A stretch of 64,000 bases of DNA from Auanema rhodensis (GCA_964057225.1 OZ059895.1:2418001-2482000); one strand, 5' to 3'. Shown: positions 26,326 to 42,300, numbered from the stretch's first letter. The notes: generated by a model not told the origin, from the letters alone. Translations and numbers: made by a program.

Positions 26326-27027
26326 TCGTTGAATAGCATTGTCCATCGTCTTTGCCTTGAAAAAAGGAATCTAAAAACATCTACTTTTTGCTAAATTATT
26401 CTGAAATTTTTCGAAAAAATTTTTGTCAAAATGTTTTTGGAAGCAATGTTGAGTGTACATGGAAACTCAACATACACTAATGCATCATTTTTCAAATGAT
26501 CATAACTAATTTTTGTATCAAGCGTTTCTTAATGTAGTATAGTGCATTCGATGCGGATTTTTAAGCTGCGTCGATCTGTGTTATCAGATTTGCGCTAGCT
26601 TAAAAATGCACCGAGATATCAACTGATATAAGTTCACACTTATATCCTCGATTTTCACCCTGAAGAATTAATTTTTTCGTTGAATAACATTGTCCATTGT
26701 CTTTGCCTTGAAAAATGAAATCTAAAAACATCTACTTTTTGCTAAATTATTTTGAAATTTTTCGAAAAAATTTTTGTCAAAATGTTTTTGGAAGCAATGT
26801 TGAGTGTACATGGAAACTCAACATACACTAATGCATCATTTTTCAAACGATCATAACTAATTTTTGTATCAAACGTTTCTCAATGTAGTATAGTGCATTC
26901 GATGCGGATTTTTAAGCTGCGTCAATCTGTGTTATCAGATTTGCGCTGGCTTAAAAATGCACCGAGATATCAACTGATATAAGTTCACACTTATATCCTC
27001 GATTTTCACCCTGAAGAATTAATTTTT

Positions 27028-30000
27028 TTGTTGAATAACATTGTCCATCGTCTTTGCCTTGAAAAAAGGAATCTAAAAACATCTACTTTTTGCTAAATTA
27101 TTTTGAAATTTTTGGAAAAAATTTTTGTCAAAATGTTTTTGGAAGCAATGTTGAGTGTACATGGAAACTCAACATACACTAATGCATCATTTTTCAAACG
27201 ATCATAACTAATTTTTGTATTAAGCGTTTCTCAATGTAGTATAGTGCATTCGATGCGAATTTTTAAGCTGCGTCGATCTGTGTTATCAGATTTGCGCTAG
27301 CTTAAAAATGCACCGAGATATCAACTGATATAAGTTCACACTTATATCCTCGATTTTCACCCTGAAGAATTAATTTTTTCGTTGAATAACATTGTCCATC
27401 GTCTTTGCCTTGAAAAAAGGAATCTAAAAACATCTACTTTTTGCTAAATTATTTTGAAATTTTTGGAAAAAATTTTTGTCAAAATGTTTTTGGAAGCAAT
27501 GTTGAGTGTACATGGAAACTCAACATACACTAATGCATCATTTTTCAAACGATCATAACTAATTTTTGTATCAAGCGTTTCTCGATGTAGTATAGTGCAT
27601 TCGATGCGAATTTGTAAGCTGCGTCGATCTGTGTTATCAGATTTGCGCTAGCTTAAAAATGCACCGAGATATCAACTGATATAAGTTCACACTTATATCC
27701 TCGATTTTCACCCTGAAGAATTAATTTTTTCGTTGAATAACATTGTCCATCGTCTTTGCCTTGAAAAATGGAATCTAAAAACATCTACTTCTTGCTAAAT
27801 TATTTTGAAATTTTTCGAAAAAATTTTTGTCAAAATGTTTTTGGAAGCAATGTTGAGTGTACATGGAAACTCAACATACACTAATGCATCATTTTTCAAA
27901 CGATCATAACTAATTTTTGTATTAAGCGTTTCTCAATGTAGTATAGTGCATTCGATGCGAATTTTTAAGCTGCGTCGATCTGTGTTATCAGATTTGCGCT
28001 AGCTTAAAAATGCACCGAGATATCAACTGATATAAGTTCACACTTATATCCTCGATTTTCACCCTGAAGAATTAATTTTTTCGTTGAATAACATTGTCCA
28101 TCGTCTTTGCCTTGAAAAAAGGAATCTAAAAACATCTACTTTTTGCTAAATTATTTTGAAATTTTTGGAAAAAATTTTTGTCAAAATGTTTTTGGAAGCA
28201 ATGTTGAGTGTACATGGAAACTCAACATACACTAATGCATCATTTTTCAAACGATCATAACTAATTTTTGTATCAAGCGTTTCTCGATGTAGTATAGTGC
28301 ATTCGATGCGAATTTGTAAGCTGCGTCGATCTGTGTTATCAGATTTGCGCTAGCTTAAAAATGCACCGAGATATCAACTGATATAAGTTCACACTTATAT
28401 CCTCGATTTTCACCCTGAAGAATTAATTTTTTCGTTGAATAACATTGTCCATCGTCTTTGCCTTGAAAAATGGAATCTAAAAACATCTACTTCTTGCTAA
28501 ATTATTTTGAAATTTTTCGAAAAAATTTTTGTCAAAATGTTTTTGGAAGCAATGTTGAGTGTACATGGAAACTCAACATACACTAATGCATCATTTTTCA
28601 AACGATCATAACTAATTTTTGTATCAAGCGTTTCTCAATGTAGTATAGTGCATTCGATGCGGATTTTTAAGCTGCGTCAATCTGTGTTATCAGATTTGCG
28701 CTAGCTTAAAAATGCACCGAGATATCAACTGATATAAGTTCACACTTATATCCTCGATTTTCACCCTGAAGAATTAATTTTTTCGTTGAATAACATTGTC
28801 CATCGTCTTTGCCTTGAAAAAAGGAATCTAAAAACATCTACTTTTTGCTAAATTATTTTGAAATTTTTGGAAAAAATTTTTGTCAAAATGTTTTTGGAAG
28901 CAATGTTGAGTGTACATGGAAACTCAACATACACTAATGCATCATTTTTCAAACGATCATAACTAATTTTTGTATCAAGCGTTTCTCGATGTAGTATAGT
29001 GCATTCGATGCGAATTTGTAAGCTGCGTCGATTTGTGTTATCAGATTTGCGCTAGCTTAAAAATGCACCGAGATATCAACTGATATAAGTTCACACTTAT
29101 ATCCTCGATTTTCACCCTGAAGAATTAATTTTTTCGTTGAATAACATTGTCCATCGTCTTTGCCTTGAAAAATGGAATCTAAAAACATCTACTTCTTGCT
29201 AAATTATTTTGAAATTTTTCGAAAAAATTTTTGTCAAAATGTTTTTGGAAGCAATGTTGAGTGTACATGGAAACTCAACATACACTAATGCATCATTTTT
29301 CAAACGATCATAACTAATTTTTGTATCAAGCGTTTCTCAATGTAGTATAGTGCATTCGATGCGGATTTTTAAGCTGCGTCAATCTGTGTTATCAGATTTG
29401 CGCTAGCTTAAAAATGCACCGAGATATCAACTGATATAAGTTCACACTTATATCCTCGATTTTCACCCTGAAGAATTAATTTTTTCGTTGAATAACATTG
29501 TCCATTGTCTTTGCCTTAAAAAATGAAATCTAAAAACATCTACTTTTTGCTAAATTTTTTTGAAATTTTTCGAAAAAATTTTTGTCAAAATGTTTTTGGA
29601 AGCAATGTTGAGTGTACATGGAAACTCAACATACACTAATACATCATTTTTCAAACGATCATAACTAATTTTTGTATCAAGCGTTTCTTAATGTAGTATA
29701 GTGCATTCGATGCGGATTTTTAAGCTGCGTCGATCTGTGTTATCAGATTTGCGCTAGCTTAAAAATGCACCGAGATATCAACTGATATAAGTTCACACTT
29801 ATATCCTCGATTTTCACCCTGAAGAATTAATTTTTTCGTTGAATAACATTGTCCATCGTCTTTGCCTTGAAAAAAGGAATCTAAAAACATCTACTTTTTG
29901 CTAAATTATATTGAAATTTTTCGAAAAAATTTTTGTCAAAATGTTTTTGGAAGCAATGTTGAGTGTACATGGAAACTCAACATACACTAATGCATCATTT

Positions 30001-33000
30001 TTCAAACGATCATAACTAATTTTTGTATCAAGCGTTTCTCGATGTAGTATAGTGCATTCGATGCGGATTTTTAAGCTGCGTCGATCTGTGTTATCAGATT
30101 TGCGCTAGCTTAAAAATGCACCGAGATATCAACTGATATAAGTTCACACTTATATCCTCGATTTTCACCCTGAAGAATTAATTTTTTCGTTGAATAACAT
30201 TGTCCATCGTCTTTGCCTTGAAAAAAGGAATCTAAAAACATCTACTTTTTGCTAAATTATTTTGAAATTTTTGGAAAAAATTTTTGTCAAAATGTTTTTG
30301 GAAGCAATGTTGAGTGTACATGGAAACTCAACATACACTAATGCATCATTTTTCAAACGATCATAACTAATTTTTGTATCAAGCGTTTCTCGATGTAGTA
30401 TAGTGCATTCGATGCGAATTTGTAAGCTGCGTCGATCTGTGTTATCAGATTTGCGCTAGCTTAAAAATGCACCGAGATATCAACTGATATAAGTTCACAC
30501 TTATATCCTCGATTTTCACCCTGAAGAATTAATTTTTTCGTTGAATAACATTGTCCATCGTCTTTGCCTTGAAAAATGGAATCTAAAAACATCTACTTCT
30601 TGCTAAATTATTTTGAAATTTTTCGAAAAAATTTTTGTCAAAATGTTTTTGGAAGCAATGTTGAGTGTACATGGAAACTCAACATACACTAATGCATCAT
30701 TTTTCAAACGATCATAACTAATTTTTGTATCAAGCGTTTCTCAATGTAGTATAGTGCATTCGATGCGGATTTTTAAGCTGCGTCAATCTGTGTTATCAGA
30801 TTTGCGCTAACTTAAAAATGCACCGATATATCAACTGATATAAGTTCACACTTATATCCTCGATTTTCACCCTGAACAATTAATTTTTTCGTTGAATAAC
30901 ATTGTCCATCGTCTTTGCCTTGAAAAAAGGAATCTAAAAACATCTACTTTTTGCTAAATTATTTTGAAATTTTTGGAAAAAATTTTTGTCAAAATGTTTT
31001 TGGAAGCAATGTTGAGTGTACATGGAAACTCAACATACACTAATGCATCATTTTTCAAACGATCATAACTAATTTTTGTATTAAGCGTTTCTCAATGTAG
31101 TATAGTGCATTCGATGCGAATTTTTAAGCTGCGTCGATCTGTGTTATCAGATTTGCGCTAGCTTAAAAATGCACCGAGATATCAACTGATATAAGTTCAC
31201 ACTTATATCCTCGATTTTCACCCTGAAGAATTAATTTTTTCGTTGAATAACATTGTCCATCGTCTTTGCCTTGAAAAAAGGAATCTAAAAACATCTACTT
31301 TTTGCTAAATTATTTTGAAATTTTTGGAAAAAATTTTTGTCAAAATGTTTTTGGAAGCAATGTTGAGTGTACATGGAAACTCAACATACACTAATGCATC
31401 ATTTTTCAAACGATCATAACTAATTTTTGTATCAAGCGTTTCTCGATGTAGTATAGTGCATTCGATGCGAATTTGTAAGCTGCGTCGATCTGTGTTATCA
31501 GATTTGCGCTAGCTTAAAAATGCACCGAGATATCAACTGATATAAGTTCACACTTATATCCTCGATTTTCACCCTGAAGAATTAATTTTTTCGTTGAATA
31601 ACATTGTCCATTGTCTTTGCCTTAAAAAATGAAATCTAAAAACATCTACTTTTTGCTAAATTTTTTTGAAATTTTTCGAAAAAATTTTTGTCAAAATGTT
31701 TTTGGAAGCAATGTTGAGTGTACATGGAAACTCAACATACACTAATACATCATTTTTCAAACGATCATAACTAATTTTTGTATCAAGCGTTTCTTAATGT
31801 AGTATAGTGCATTCGATGCGGATTTTTAAGCTGCGTCAATCTGTGTTATCAGATTTGCGCTAACTTAAAAATGCACCGAGATATCAACTGATATAAGTTC
31901 ACACTTATATCCTCGATTTTCACCCTGAACAATTATTTTTTTCGTTGAATAACATTGTCCATCGTCTTTGCCTTGAAAAAAGGAATCTAAAAACATCTAC
32001 TTTTTGCTAAATTATTTTGAAATTTTTGGAAAAAATTTTTGTCAAAATGTTTTTGGAAGCAATGTTGAGTGTACATGGAAACTCAACATACACTAATGCA
32101 TCATTTTTCAAACGATCATAACTAATTTTTGTATTAAGCGTTTCTCAATGTAGTATAGTGCATTCGATGCGAATTTTTAAGCTGCGTCGATCTGTGTTAT
32201 CAGATTTGCGCTAGCTTAAAAATGCACCGAGATATCAACTGATATAAGTTCACACTTATATCCTCGATTTTCACCCTGAAGAATTAATTTTTTCGTTGAA
32301 TAGCATTGTCCATCGTCTTTGCCTTGAAAAAAGGAATCTAAAAACATCTACTGTTTGCTAAATTATTTTGAAATTTTTCGAAAAAATTTTTGTCAAAATG
32401 TTTTTGGAAGCAATGTTGAGTGTACATGGAAACTCAACATACACTAATGCATCATTTTTCAAACGATCATAACTAATTTTTGTATCAAGCGTTTCTCGAT
32501 GTAGTATAGTGCATTCGATGCGGATTTTTAAGCTGCGTCGATCTGTGTTATAAGATTTGCGCTAGCTTGAAAATGCACCGAGATATCAACTGATATAAGT
32601 TCACACTTATATCCTCGATTTTCACCCTGAAGAATTAATTTTTTCGTTGAATAACATTGTCCATCGTCTTTGCCTGGAAAAATGGAATCTAAAAACATCT
32701 ACTTTTTGCTAAATTATTTTGAAATTTTTCGAAAAAATTTTTGTCAAAATGTTTTTGGAAGCAATGTTGAGTGTACATGGAAACTCAACATACACTAATG
32801 CATCATTTTTCAAACGATCATAACTAATTTTTGTATCAAGCGTTTCTCGATGTAGTATAGTGCATTCGATGCGAATTTGTAAGCTGCGTCGATCTGTGTT
32901 ATCAGATTTGCGCTAGCTTAAAAATGCACCGAGATATCAACTGATATAAGTTCACACTTATATCCTCGATTTTCACCCTGAAGAATTAATTTTTTCGTTG

Positions 33001-36000
33001 AATAACATTGTCCATCGTCTTTGCCTTGAAAAATAGAATCTAAAAACATCTACTTCTTGCTAAATTATTTTGAAATTTTTCGAAAAAATTTTTGTCAAAA
33101 TGTTTTTGGAAGCAATGTTGAGTGTACATGGAAACTCAACATACACTAATGCATCATTTTTCAAACGATCATAACTAATTTTTGTATCAAGCGTTTCTCA
33201 ATGTAGTATAGTGCATTCGATGCGGATTTTTAAGCTGCGTCAATCTGTGTTATCAGATTTGCGCTAACTTAAAAATGCACCGAGATATCAACTGATATAA
33301 GTTCACACTTATATCCTCGATTTTCACCCTGAAGAATTAATTTTTTCGTTGAATAGCATTGTCCATCGTCTTTGCCTTGAAAAAAGGAATCTAAAAACAT
33401 CTACTGTTTGCTAAATTATTTTGAAATTTTTCGAAAAAATTTTTGTCAAAATGTTTTTGGAAGCAATGTTGAGTGTACATGGAAACTCAACATACACTAA
33501 TGCATCATTTTTCAAACGATCATAACTAATTTTTGTATCAAGCGTTTCTCGATGTAGTATAGTGCATTCGATGCGGATTTTTAAGCTGCGTCGATCTGTG
33601 TTATCAGATTTGCGCTAGCTTGAAAATGCACCGAGATATCAACTGATATAAGTTCACACTTATATCCTCGATTTTCACCCTGAAGAATTAATTTTTTCGT
33701 TGAATAACATTGTCCATCGTCTTTGCCTTGAAAAAAGGAATCTAAAAACATCTACTTTTTGCTAAATTATTTTGAAATTTTTGGAAAAAATTTTTGTCAA
33801 AATGTTTTTGGAAGCAATGTTGAGTGTACATGGAAACTCAACATACACTAATGCATCATTTTTCAAACGATCATAACTAATTTTTGTATCAAGCGTTTCT
33901 CGATGTAGTATAGTGCATTCGATGCGAATTTGTAAGCTGCGTCGATCTGTGTTATCAGATTTGCGCTAGCTTAAAAATGCACCGAGATATCAACTGATAT
34001 AAGTTCACACTTATATCCTCGATTTTCACCCTGAAGAATTAATTTTTTCGTTGAATAACATTGTCCATCGTCTTTGCCTTGAAAAATGGAATCTAAAAAC
34101 ATCTACTTCTTGCTAAATTATTTTGAAATTTTTCGAAAAAATTTTTGTCAAAATGTTTTTGGAAGCAATGTTGAGTGTACATGGAAACTCAACATACACT
34201 AATGCATCATTTTTCAAACGATCATAACTAATTTTTGTATCAAGCGTTTTTCAATGTAGTATAGTGCATTCGATGCGGATTTTTAAGCTGCGTCAATCTG
34301 TGTTATCAGATTTGCGCTAACTTAAAAATGCACCGAGATATCAACTGATATAAGTTCACACTTATATCCTCGATTTTCACCCTGAACAATTGATTTTTTC
34401 GTTGAATAACATTGTCCATCGTCTTTGCCTTGAAAAAAGGAATCTAAAAACATCTACTTTTTGCTAAATTATTTTGAAATTTTTGGAAAAAATTTTTGTC
34501 AAAATGTTTTTGGAAGCAATGTTGAGTGTACATGGAAACTCAACATACACTAATGCATCATTTTTCAAACGATCATAACTAATTTTTGTATTAAGCGTTT
34601 CTCAATGTAGTATAGTGCATTCGATGCGAATTTTTAAGCTGCGTCGATCTGTGTTATCAGATTTGCGCTAGCTTAAAAATGCACCGAGATATCAACTGAT
34701 ATAAGTTCACACTTATATCCTCGATTTTCACCCTGAAGAATTAATTTTTTCGTTGAATAGCATTGTCCATCGTCTTTGCCTTGAAAAAAGGAATCTAAAA
34801 ACATCTACTGTTTGCTAAATTATTTTGAAATTTTTCGAAAAAATTTTTGTCAAAATGTTTTTGGAAGCAATGTTGAGTGTACATGGAAACTCAACATACA
34901 CTAATGCATCATTTTTCAAACGATCATAACTAATTTTTGTATCAAGCGTTTCTCGATGTAGTATAGTGCATTCGATGCGGATTTTTAAGCTGCGTCGATC
35001 TGTGTTATCAGATTTGCGCTAGCTTGAAAATGCACCGAGATATCAACTGATATAAGTTCACACTTATATCCTCGATTTTCACCCTGAAGAATTAATTTTT
35101 TCGTTGAATAACATTGTCCATCGTCTTTGCCTGGAAAAATGGAATCTAAAAACATCTACTTTTTGCTAAATTATTTTGAAATTTTTCGAAAAAATTTTTG
35201 TCAAAATGTTTTTGGAAGCAATGTTGAGTGTACATGGAAACTCAACATACACTAATGCATCATTTTTCAAACGATCATAACTAATTTTTGTATCAAGCGT
35301 TTCTCAATGTAGTATAGTGCATTCGATGCGGATTTTTAAGCTGCGTCAATCTGTGTTATCAGATTTGCGCTAACTTAAAAATGCACCGAGATATCAACTG
35401 ATATAAGTTCACACTTATATCCTCGATTTTCACCCTGAACAATTAATTTTTTCGTTGAATAACATTGTCCATCGTCTTTGCCTTGAAAAATGGAATCTAA
35501 AAACATCTACTTTTTGCTAAATTATTTTGAAATTTTTCGAAAAAATTTTTGTCAAAATGTTTTTGGAAGCAATGTTGAGTGTACATGGAAACTCAACATA
35601 CACTAATGCATCATTTTTCAAACGATCATAACTAATTTTTGTATCAAACGTTTCTCAATGTAGTATAGTGCACTCGATGCGGATTTTTAAGCTGCGTCGA
35701 TCTGTGTTATCAGATTTGCGCTAGCTTAAAAATGCACCGAGATATCAACTGATATAAGTTCACACTTATATCCTCGATTTTCACCCTGAAGAATTAATTT
35801 TTTCGTTGAATAACATTGTCCATCGTCTTTGCCTTGAAAAAAGGAATCTAAAAACATCTACTTTTTGCTAAATTATTTTGAAATTTTTGGAAAAAATTTT
35901 TGTCAAAATGTTTTTGGAAGCAATGTTGAGTGTACATGGAAACTCAACATACACTAATGCATCATTTTTCAAACGATCATAACTAATTTTTGTATTAAGC

Positions 36001-36153
36001 GTTTCTCAATGTAGTATAGTGCATTCGATGCGAATTTTTAAGCTGCGTCGATCTGTGTTATCAGATTTGCGCTAGCTTAAAAATGCACCGAGATATCAAC
36101 TGATATAAGTTCACACTTATATCCTCGATTTTCACCCTGAAGAATTAATTTTT
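27028..36153. repeat. Subfamily domain D, mostly dimer-based with irregular longer units
   Basis: Largely domain-restricted variants: G206 (CTCGATG), G235 (TTTGTAAG), ACTTCTTGC, ACTGTTTGC, A248 (GTCAATC), A273 (GCTAACT) and C340 (GAACAAT). Confidence 0.8.
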
Positions 36154-36399
36154 TCGTTGAATAACATTGTCCATCGTCTTTGCCTTGAAAAAAGGAATCT
36201 AAAAACATCTACTTTTTGCTAAATTATTTTGAAATTTTTGGAAAAAATTTTTGTCAAAATGTTTTTGGAAGCAATGTTGAGTGCACATGGAAACTCAACA
36301 TACACTAATGCATCATTTTTTAAACGATCATAACTAATTTTTGTATTAAGCGTTTCTCAATGTAGTATAGTGCATTCGATGCGGATTTTTAAGCTGCGT

Positions 36400-39300
36400 C
36401 GATTTGTCTTATCAGATTTGCGCTAGCTTAAAAATGCACCGAGATATCAACTGATATAAGTTCACACTTATATCCTCGATTTTCACCCTGAAGAATTGAT
36501 TTTTTCGTTGAATAACATTGTCCATCGTCTTCGGCTTGAAAAAAGGAATCTGAAAACATCTACTTTTTGCTAAATTATTTTGAAATTTTTCGAAAAAATT
36601 TTTGTCAAAATGTTTTTGGAAGCAATGTTGAGTGTACATGGAAACTCAACATACACTTATGCATCATTTTTCGAACAATCATAACTAATTTTTGTATTAA
36701 GCTTTTCTCAATGTAGTATAGTGCATCCGATGCGGATTTTTAAGCTGCGTCGATCTGTTTTATCAGATTTGCGCTAGCTTAAAAATGCACCAAGATATCA
36801 ACTGATATAAGTTCACACTTATATCCTCGATTTTCACCCTGAAGAATTAATTTTTTCGTTGAATAACATTGTCCATCGTCTTCGCCTTGAAAAAAGGAAT
36901 CTAAAAACATCTACTTTTTGCTAAATTATTTTGAAATTTTTTGAAAAAATTTTTGTCAAAATGTTTTTGGAAGCAATGTTGAGTGTACATGGAAACTCAA
37001 CATACACTTATGCATCATTTTTCGAACAATCATAACTAATTTTTGTATTAAGCGTTTCTCAATGTAGTATAGTGCATTCGATGCGGATTTTTAAGCTGGG
37101 TCGATCTGTGTTATCAGATTTGCGCTAGCTTAAAAATGCACCGAGATATCAACTGATATAAGTTCACACTTATATCCTCGATTTTCACCCTGAAGAATCA
37201 ATTTTTTCGTTGAATAACGTTGTCCATCGTCTTCGCCTTGAAAAAAGGAATCTAAAAACATCTACTTTTTGCTAAATTATTTTGAAATTTTTCGAAAAAA
37301 TTTTTGTCAAAATGTTTTTGGAAGCAATGTTGAGTGTACATGGAAACTCAACATACACTTATGCATCATTTTTCGAACAATCATAACTAATTTTTGTATT
37401 AAGCGTTTCTCAATGTAGTATAGTGCATCCGATGCGGATTTTTAAGCTGCGTCGATCTGTGTTATCAGATTTGCGCTAGCTTAAAAATGCACCGAGATAT
37501 CAACTGATATAAGTTCACACTTATATCCTCGATTTTCACCCTGAAGAATTGATTTTTTCGTTGAATAACATTGTCCATCGTCTTCGCCTTGAAAAAAGGA
37601 ATCTGAAAACATCTACTTTTTGCTAAATTATTTTGAAATTTTTCGAAAAAATTTTTGTCAAAATGTTTTTGGAAGCAATGTTGAGTGTACATGGAAACTC
37701 AACATACACTAATGCATCATTTTTCAAACGATCATAACTAATTTTTGTATTAAGCGTTTCTCAATGTAGTATAGTGCATTCGATGCGGATTTTTAAGCTG
37801 CGTCGATTTGTGTTATCAGATTTGCGCTAGCTTAAAAATGCACCGAGATATCAACTGATATAAGTTCACACTTATATCCTCGATTTTCACCCTGAAGAAT
37901 TAATTTTTTCGTTGAATAACATTGTCCATCGTCTTCGCCTTGAAAAAAGGAATCTAAAAACATCTACTTTTTGCTAAATTATTTTGAAATTTTTCGAAAA
38001 AATTTTTGTCAAAATGTTTTTGGAAGCAATGTTGAGTGTACATGGAAACTTAACATACACTTATGCATCATTTTTCAAACGATCATAACTAATTTTTGTA
38101 TTAAGCGTTTCTCAATGTAGTATAGTGCATTCGATGCGGATTTTTAAGCTGCGTCGATTTGTCTTATCAGATTTGCGCTAGCTTAAAAATGCACCGTGAT
38201 ATCAACTGATATATGTTCACACTTATATCCTCGATTTTCACCCTGAAGAATTAATTTTTTCGTTGAATAACATTGTCCATCGTCTTCGCCTTAAAAAAAG
38301 GAATCTAAAAACATCTACTTTTTGCTAAATTATTTTGAAATTTTTCGAAAAAATTTTTGTCAAAATGTTTTTGGAAGCAATGTTGAGTGTACATGGAAAC
38401 TCAACATACACTTATGCATCATTTTTCGAACAATCATAACTAATTTTTGTATTAAGCGTTTCTCAATGTAGTATAGTGCATTCGATGCGGATTTTTAAGC
38501 TGGGTCGATCTGTGTTATCAGATTTGCGCTAGCTTAAAAATGCACCGAGATATCAACTGATATAAGTTCACACTTATATCCTCGATTTTCACCCTGAAGA
38601 ATCAATTTTTTCGTTGAATAACGTTGTCCATCGTCTTCGCCTTGAAAAAAGGAATCTAAAAACATCTACTTTTTGCTAAATTATTTTGAAATTTTTCGAA
38701 AAAATTTTTGTCAAAATGTTTTTGGAAGCAATGTTGAGTGTACATGGAAACTCAACATACACTTATGCATCATTTTTCGAACAATCATAACTAATTTTTG
38801 TATTAAGCGTTTCTCAATGTAGTATAGTGCATCCGATGCGGATTTTTAAGCTGCGTCGATCTGTGTTATCAGATTTGCGCTAGCTTAAAAATGCACCGAG
38901 ATATCAACTGATATAAGTTCACACTTATATCCTCGATTTTCACCCTGAAGAATTGATTTTTTCGTTGAATAACATTGTCCATCGTCTTCGCCTTGAAAAA
39001 AGGAATCTGAAAACATCTACTTTTTGCTAAATTATTTTGAAATTTTTCGAAAAAATTTTTGTCAAAATGTTTTTGGAAGCAATGTTGAGTGTACATGGAA
39101 ACTCAACATACACTTATGCATCATTTTTCGAACAATCATAACTAATTTTTGTATTAAGCGTTTCTCAATGTAGTATAGTGCATTCGATGCGGATTTTTAA
39201 GCTGCGTCGATTTGTCTTATCAGATTTGCGCTAGCTTAAAAATGCACCGAGATATCAACTGATATAAGTTCACACTTATATCCTCGATTTTCACCCTGAA

Positions 39301-42300
39301 GAATCAATTTTTTCGTTGAATAACGTTGTCTATCGTCTTCGCCTTGAAAAAAGGAATCTAAAAACATCTACTTTTTGCTAAATTATTTTGAAATTTTTCG
39401 AAAAAATTTTTGTCAAAATGTTTTTGGAAGCAATGTTGAGTGTACATGGAAACTCAACATACACTTATGCATCATTTTTCGAACAATCATAACTAATTTT
39501 TGTATTAAGCGTTTCTCAATGTAGTATAGTGCATCCGATGCGGATTTTTAAGCTGCGTCGATTTGTGTTATCAGATTTGCGCTAGCTTAAAAATGCACCG
39601 AGATATCAACTGATATAAGTTCACACTTATATCCTCGATTTTCACCCTGAAGAATTAATTTTTTCGTTGAATAACATTGTCCATCGTCTTCGCCTTGAAA
39701 AAAGGAATCTGAAAACATCTACTTTTTGCTAAATTATTTTGAAATTTTTCGAAAAAATTTTTGTCAAAATGTTTTTGGAAGCAATGTTGAGTGTACATGG
39801 AAACTCAACATACACTAATGCATCATTTTTCAAACGATCATAACTAATTTTTGTATTAAGCGTTTCTCAATGTAGTATAGTGCATTCGATGCGGATTTTT
39901 AAGCTGCGTCGATTTGTCTTATCAGATTTGCGCTAGCTTAAAAATGCACCGAGATATCAACTGATATAAGTTCACACTTATATCCTCGATTTTCACCCTG
40001 AAGAATCAATTTTTTCGTTGAATAACGTTGTCCATCGTCTTCGCCTTGAAAAAAGGAATCTAAAAACATCTACTTTTTGCTAAATTATTTTGAAATTTTT
40101 CGAAAAAATTTTTGTCAAAATGTTTTTGGAAGCAATGTTGAGTGTACATGGAAACTCAACATACACTTATGCATCATTTTTCGAACAATCATAACTAATT
40201 TTTGTATTAAGCGTTTCTCAATGTAGTATAGTGCATTCGATGCGGATTTTTAAGCTGGGTCGATCTGTGTTATCAGATTTGCGCTAGCTTAAAAATGCAC
40301 CGAGATATCAACTGATATAAGTTCACACTTATATCCTCGATTTTCACCCTGAAGAATCAATTTTTTCGTTGAATAACGTTGTCCATCGTCTTCGCCTTGA
40401 AAAAAGGAATCTAAAAACATCTACTTTTTGCTAAATTATTTTGAAATTTTTCGAAAAAATTTTTGTCAAAATGTTTTTGGAAGCAATGTTGAGTGTACAT
40501 GGAAACTCAACATACACTTATGCATCATTTTTCGAACAATCATAACTAATTTTTGTATTAAGCGTTTCTCAATGTAGTATAGTGCATCCGATGCGGATTT
40601 TTAAGCTGCGTCGATCTGTGTTATCAGATTTGCGCTAGCTTAAAAATGCACCGAGATATCAACTGATATAAGTTCACACTTATATCCTCGATTTTCACCC
40701 TGAAGAATTGATTTTTTCGTTGAATAACATTGTCCATCGTCTTCGCCTTGAAAAAAGGAATCTGAAAACATCTACTTTTTGCTAAATTATTTTGAAATTT
40801 TTCGAAAAAATTTTTGTCAAAATGTTTTTGGAAGCAATGTTGAGTGTACATGGAAACTCAACATACACTTATGCATCATTTTTCGAACAATCATAACTAA
40901 TTTTTGTATTAAGCGTTTCTCAATGTAGTATAGTGCATTCGATGCGGATTTTTAAGCTGCGTCGATTTGTCTTATCAGATTTGCGCTAGCTTAAAAATGC
41001 ACCGAGATATCAACTGATATAAGTTCACACTTATATCCTCGATTTTCACCCTGAAGAATCAATTTTTTCGTTGAATAACGTTGTCCATCGTCTTCGCCTT
41101 GAAAAAAGGAATCTAAAAACATCTACTTTTTGCTAAATTATTTTGAAATTTTTCGAAAAAATTTTTGTCAAAATGTTTTTGGAAGCAATGTTGAGTGTAC
41201 ATGGAAACTCAACATACACTTATGCATCATTTTTCGAACAATCATAACTAATTTTTGTATTAAGCGTTTCTCAATGTAGTATAGTGCATCCGATGCGGAT
41301 TTTTAAGCTGCGTCGATTTGTGTTATCAGATTTGCGCTAGCTTAAAAATGCACCGAGATATCAACTGATATAAGTTCACACTTATATCCTCGATTTTCAC
41401 CCTGAAGAATTAATTTTTTCGTTGAATAACATTGTCCATCGTCTTCGCCTTGAAAAAAGGAATCTGAAAACATCTACTTTTTGCTAAATTATTTTGAAAT
41501 TTTTCGAAAAAATTTTTGTCAAAATGTTTTTGGAAGCAATGTTGAGTGTACATGGAAACTCAACATACACTAATGCATCATTTTTCAAACGATCATAACT
41601 AATTTTTGTATTAAGCGTTTCTCAATGTAGTATAGTGCATTCGATGCGGATTTTTAAGCTGCGTCGATTGGTGTTATCAGATTTGCGCTAGCTTAAAAAT
41701 GCACCGAGATATCAACTGATATAAGTTCACACTTATATCCTCGATTTTCACCCTGAAGAATTAATTTTTTCGTTGAATAACATTGTCCATCGTCTTTGCC
41801 TTGAAAAAAGGAATCTAAAAACATCTACTTTTTGCTAAATTATTTTGAAATTTTTCGAAAAAATTTTTGTCAAAATGTTTTTGGAAGCAATGTTGAGTGT
41901 ACATGGAAACTCAACATACACTTATGCATCATTTTTCAAACGATCATAACTAATTTTTGTATTAAGCGTTTCTCAATGTAGTATAGTGCATTCGATGCGG
42001 ATTTTTAAGCTGGGTCGATCTGTGTTATCAGATTTGCGCTAGCTTAAAAATGCACCGAGATATCAACTGATATAAGTTCACACTTATATCCTCGATTTTC
42101 ACCCTGAAGAATTAATTTTTTCGTTGAATAACATTGTCCATCGTCTTCGCCTTGAAAAAAAGAATCTAAAAACATCTACTTTTTGCTAAATTATTTTGAA
42201 ATTTTTCGAAAAAATTTTTGTCAAAATGTTTTTGGAAGCAATGTTGAGTGTACATGGAAACTCAACATACACTAATGCATCATTTTTCAAACGATCATAA

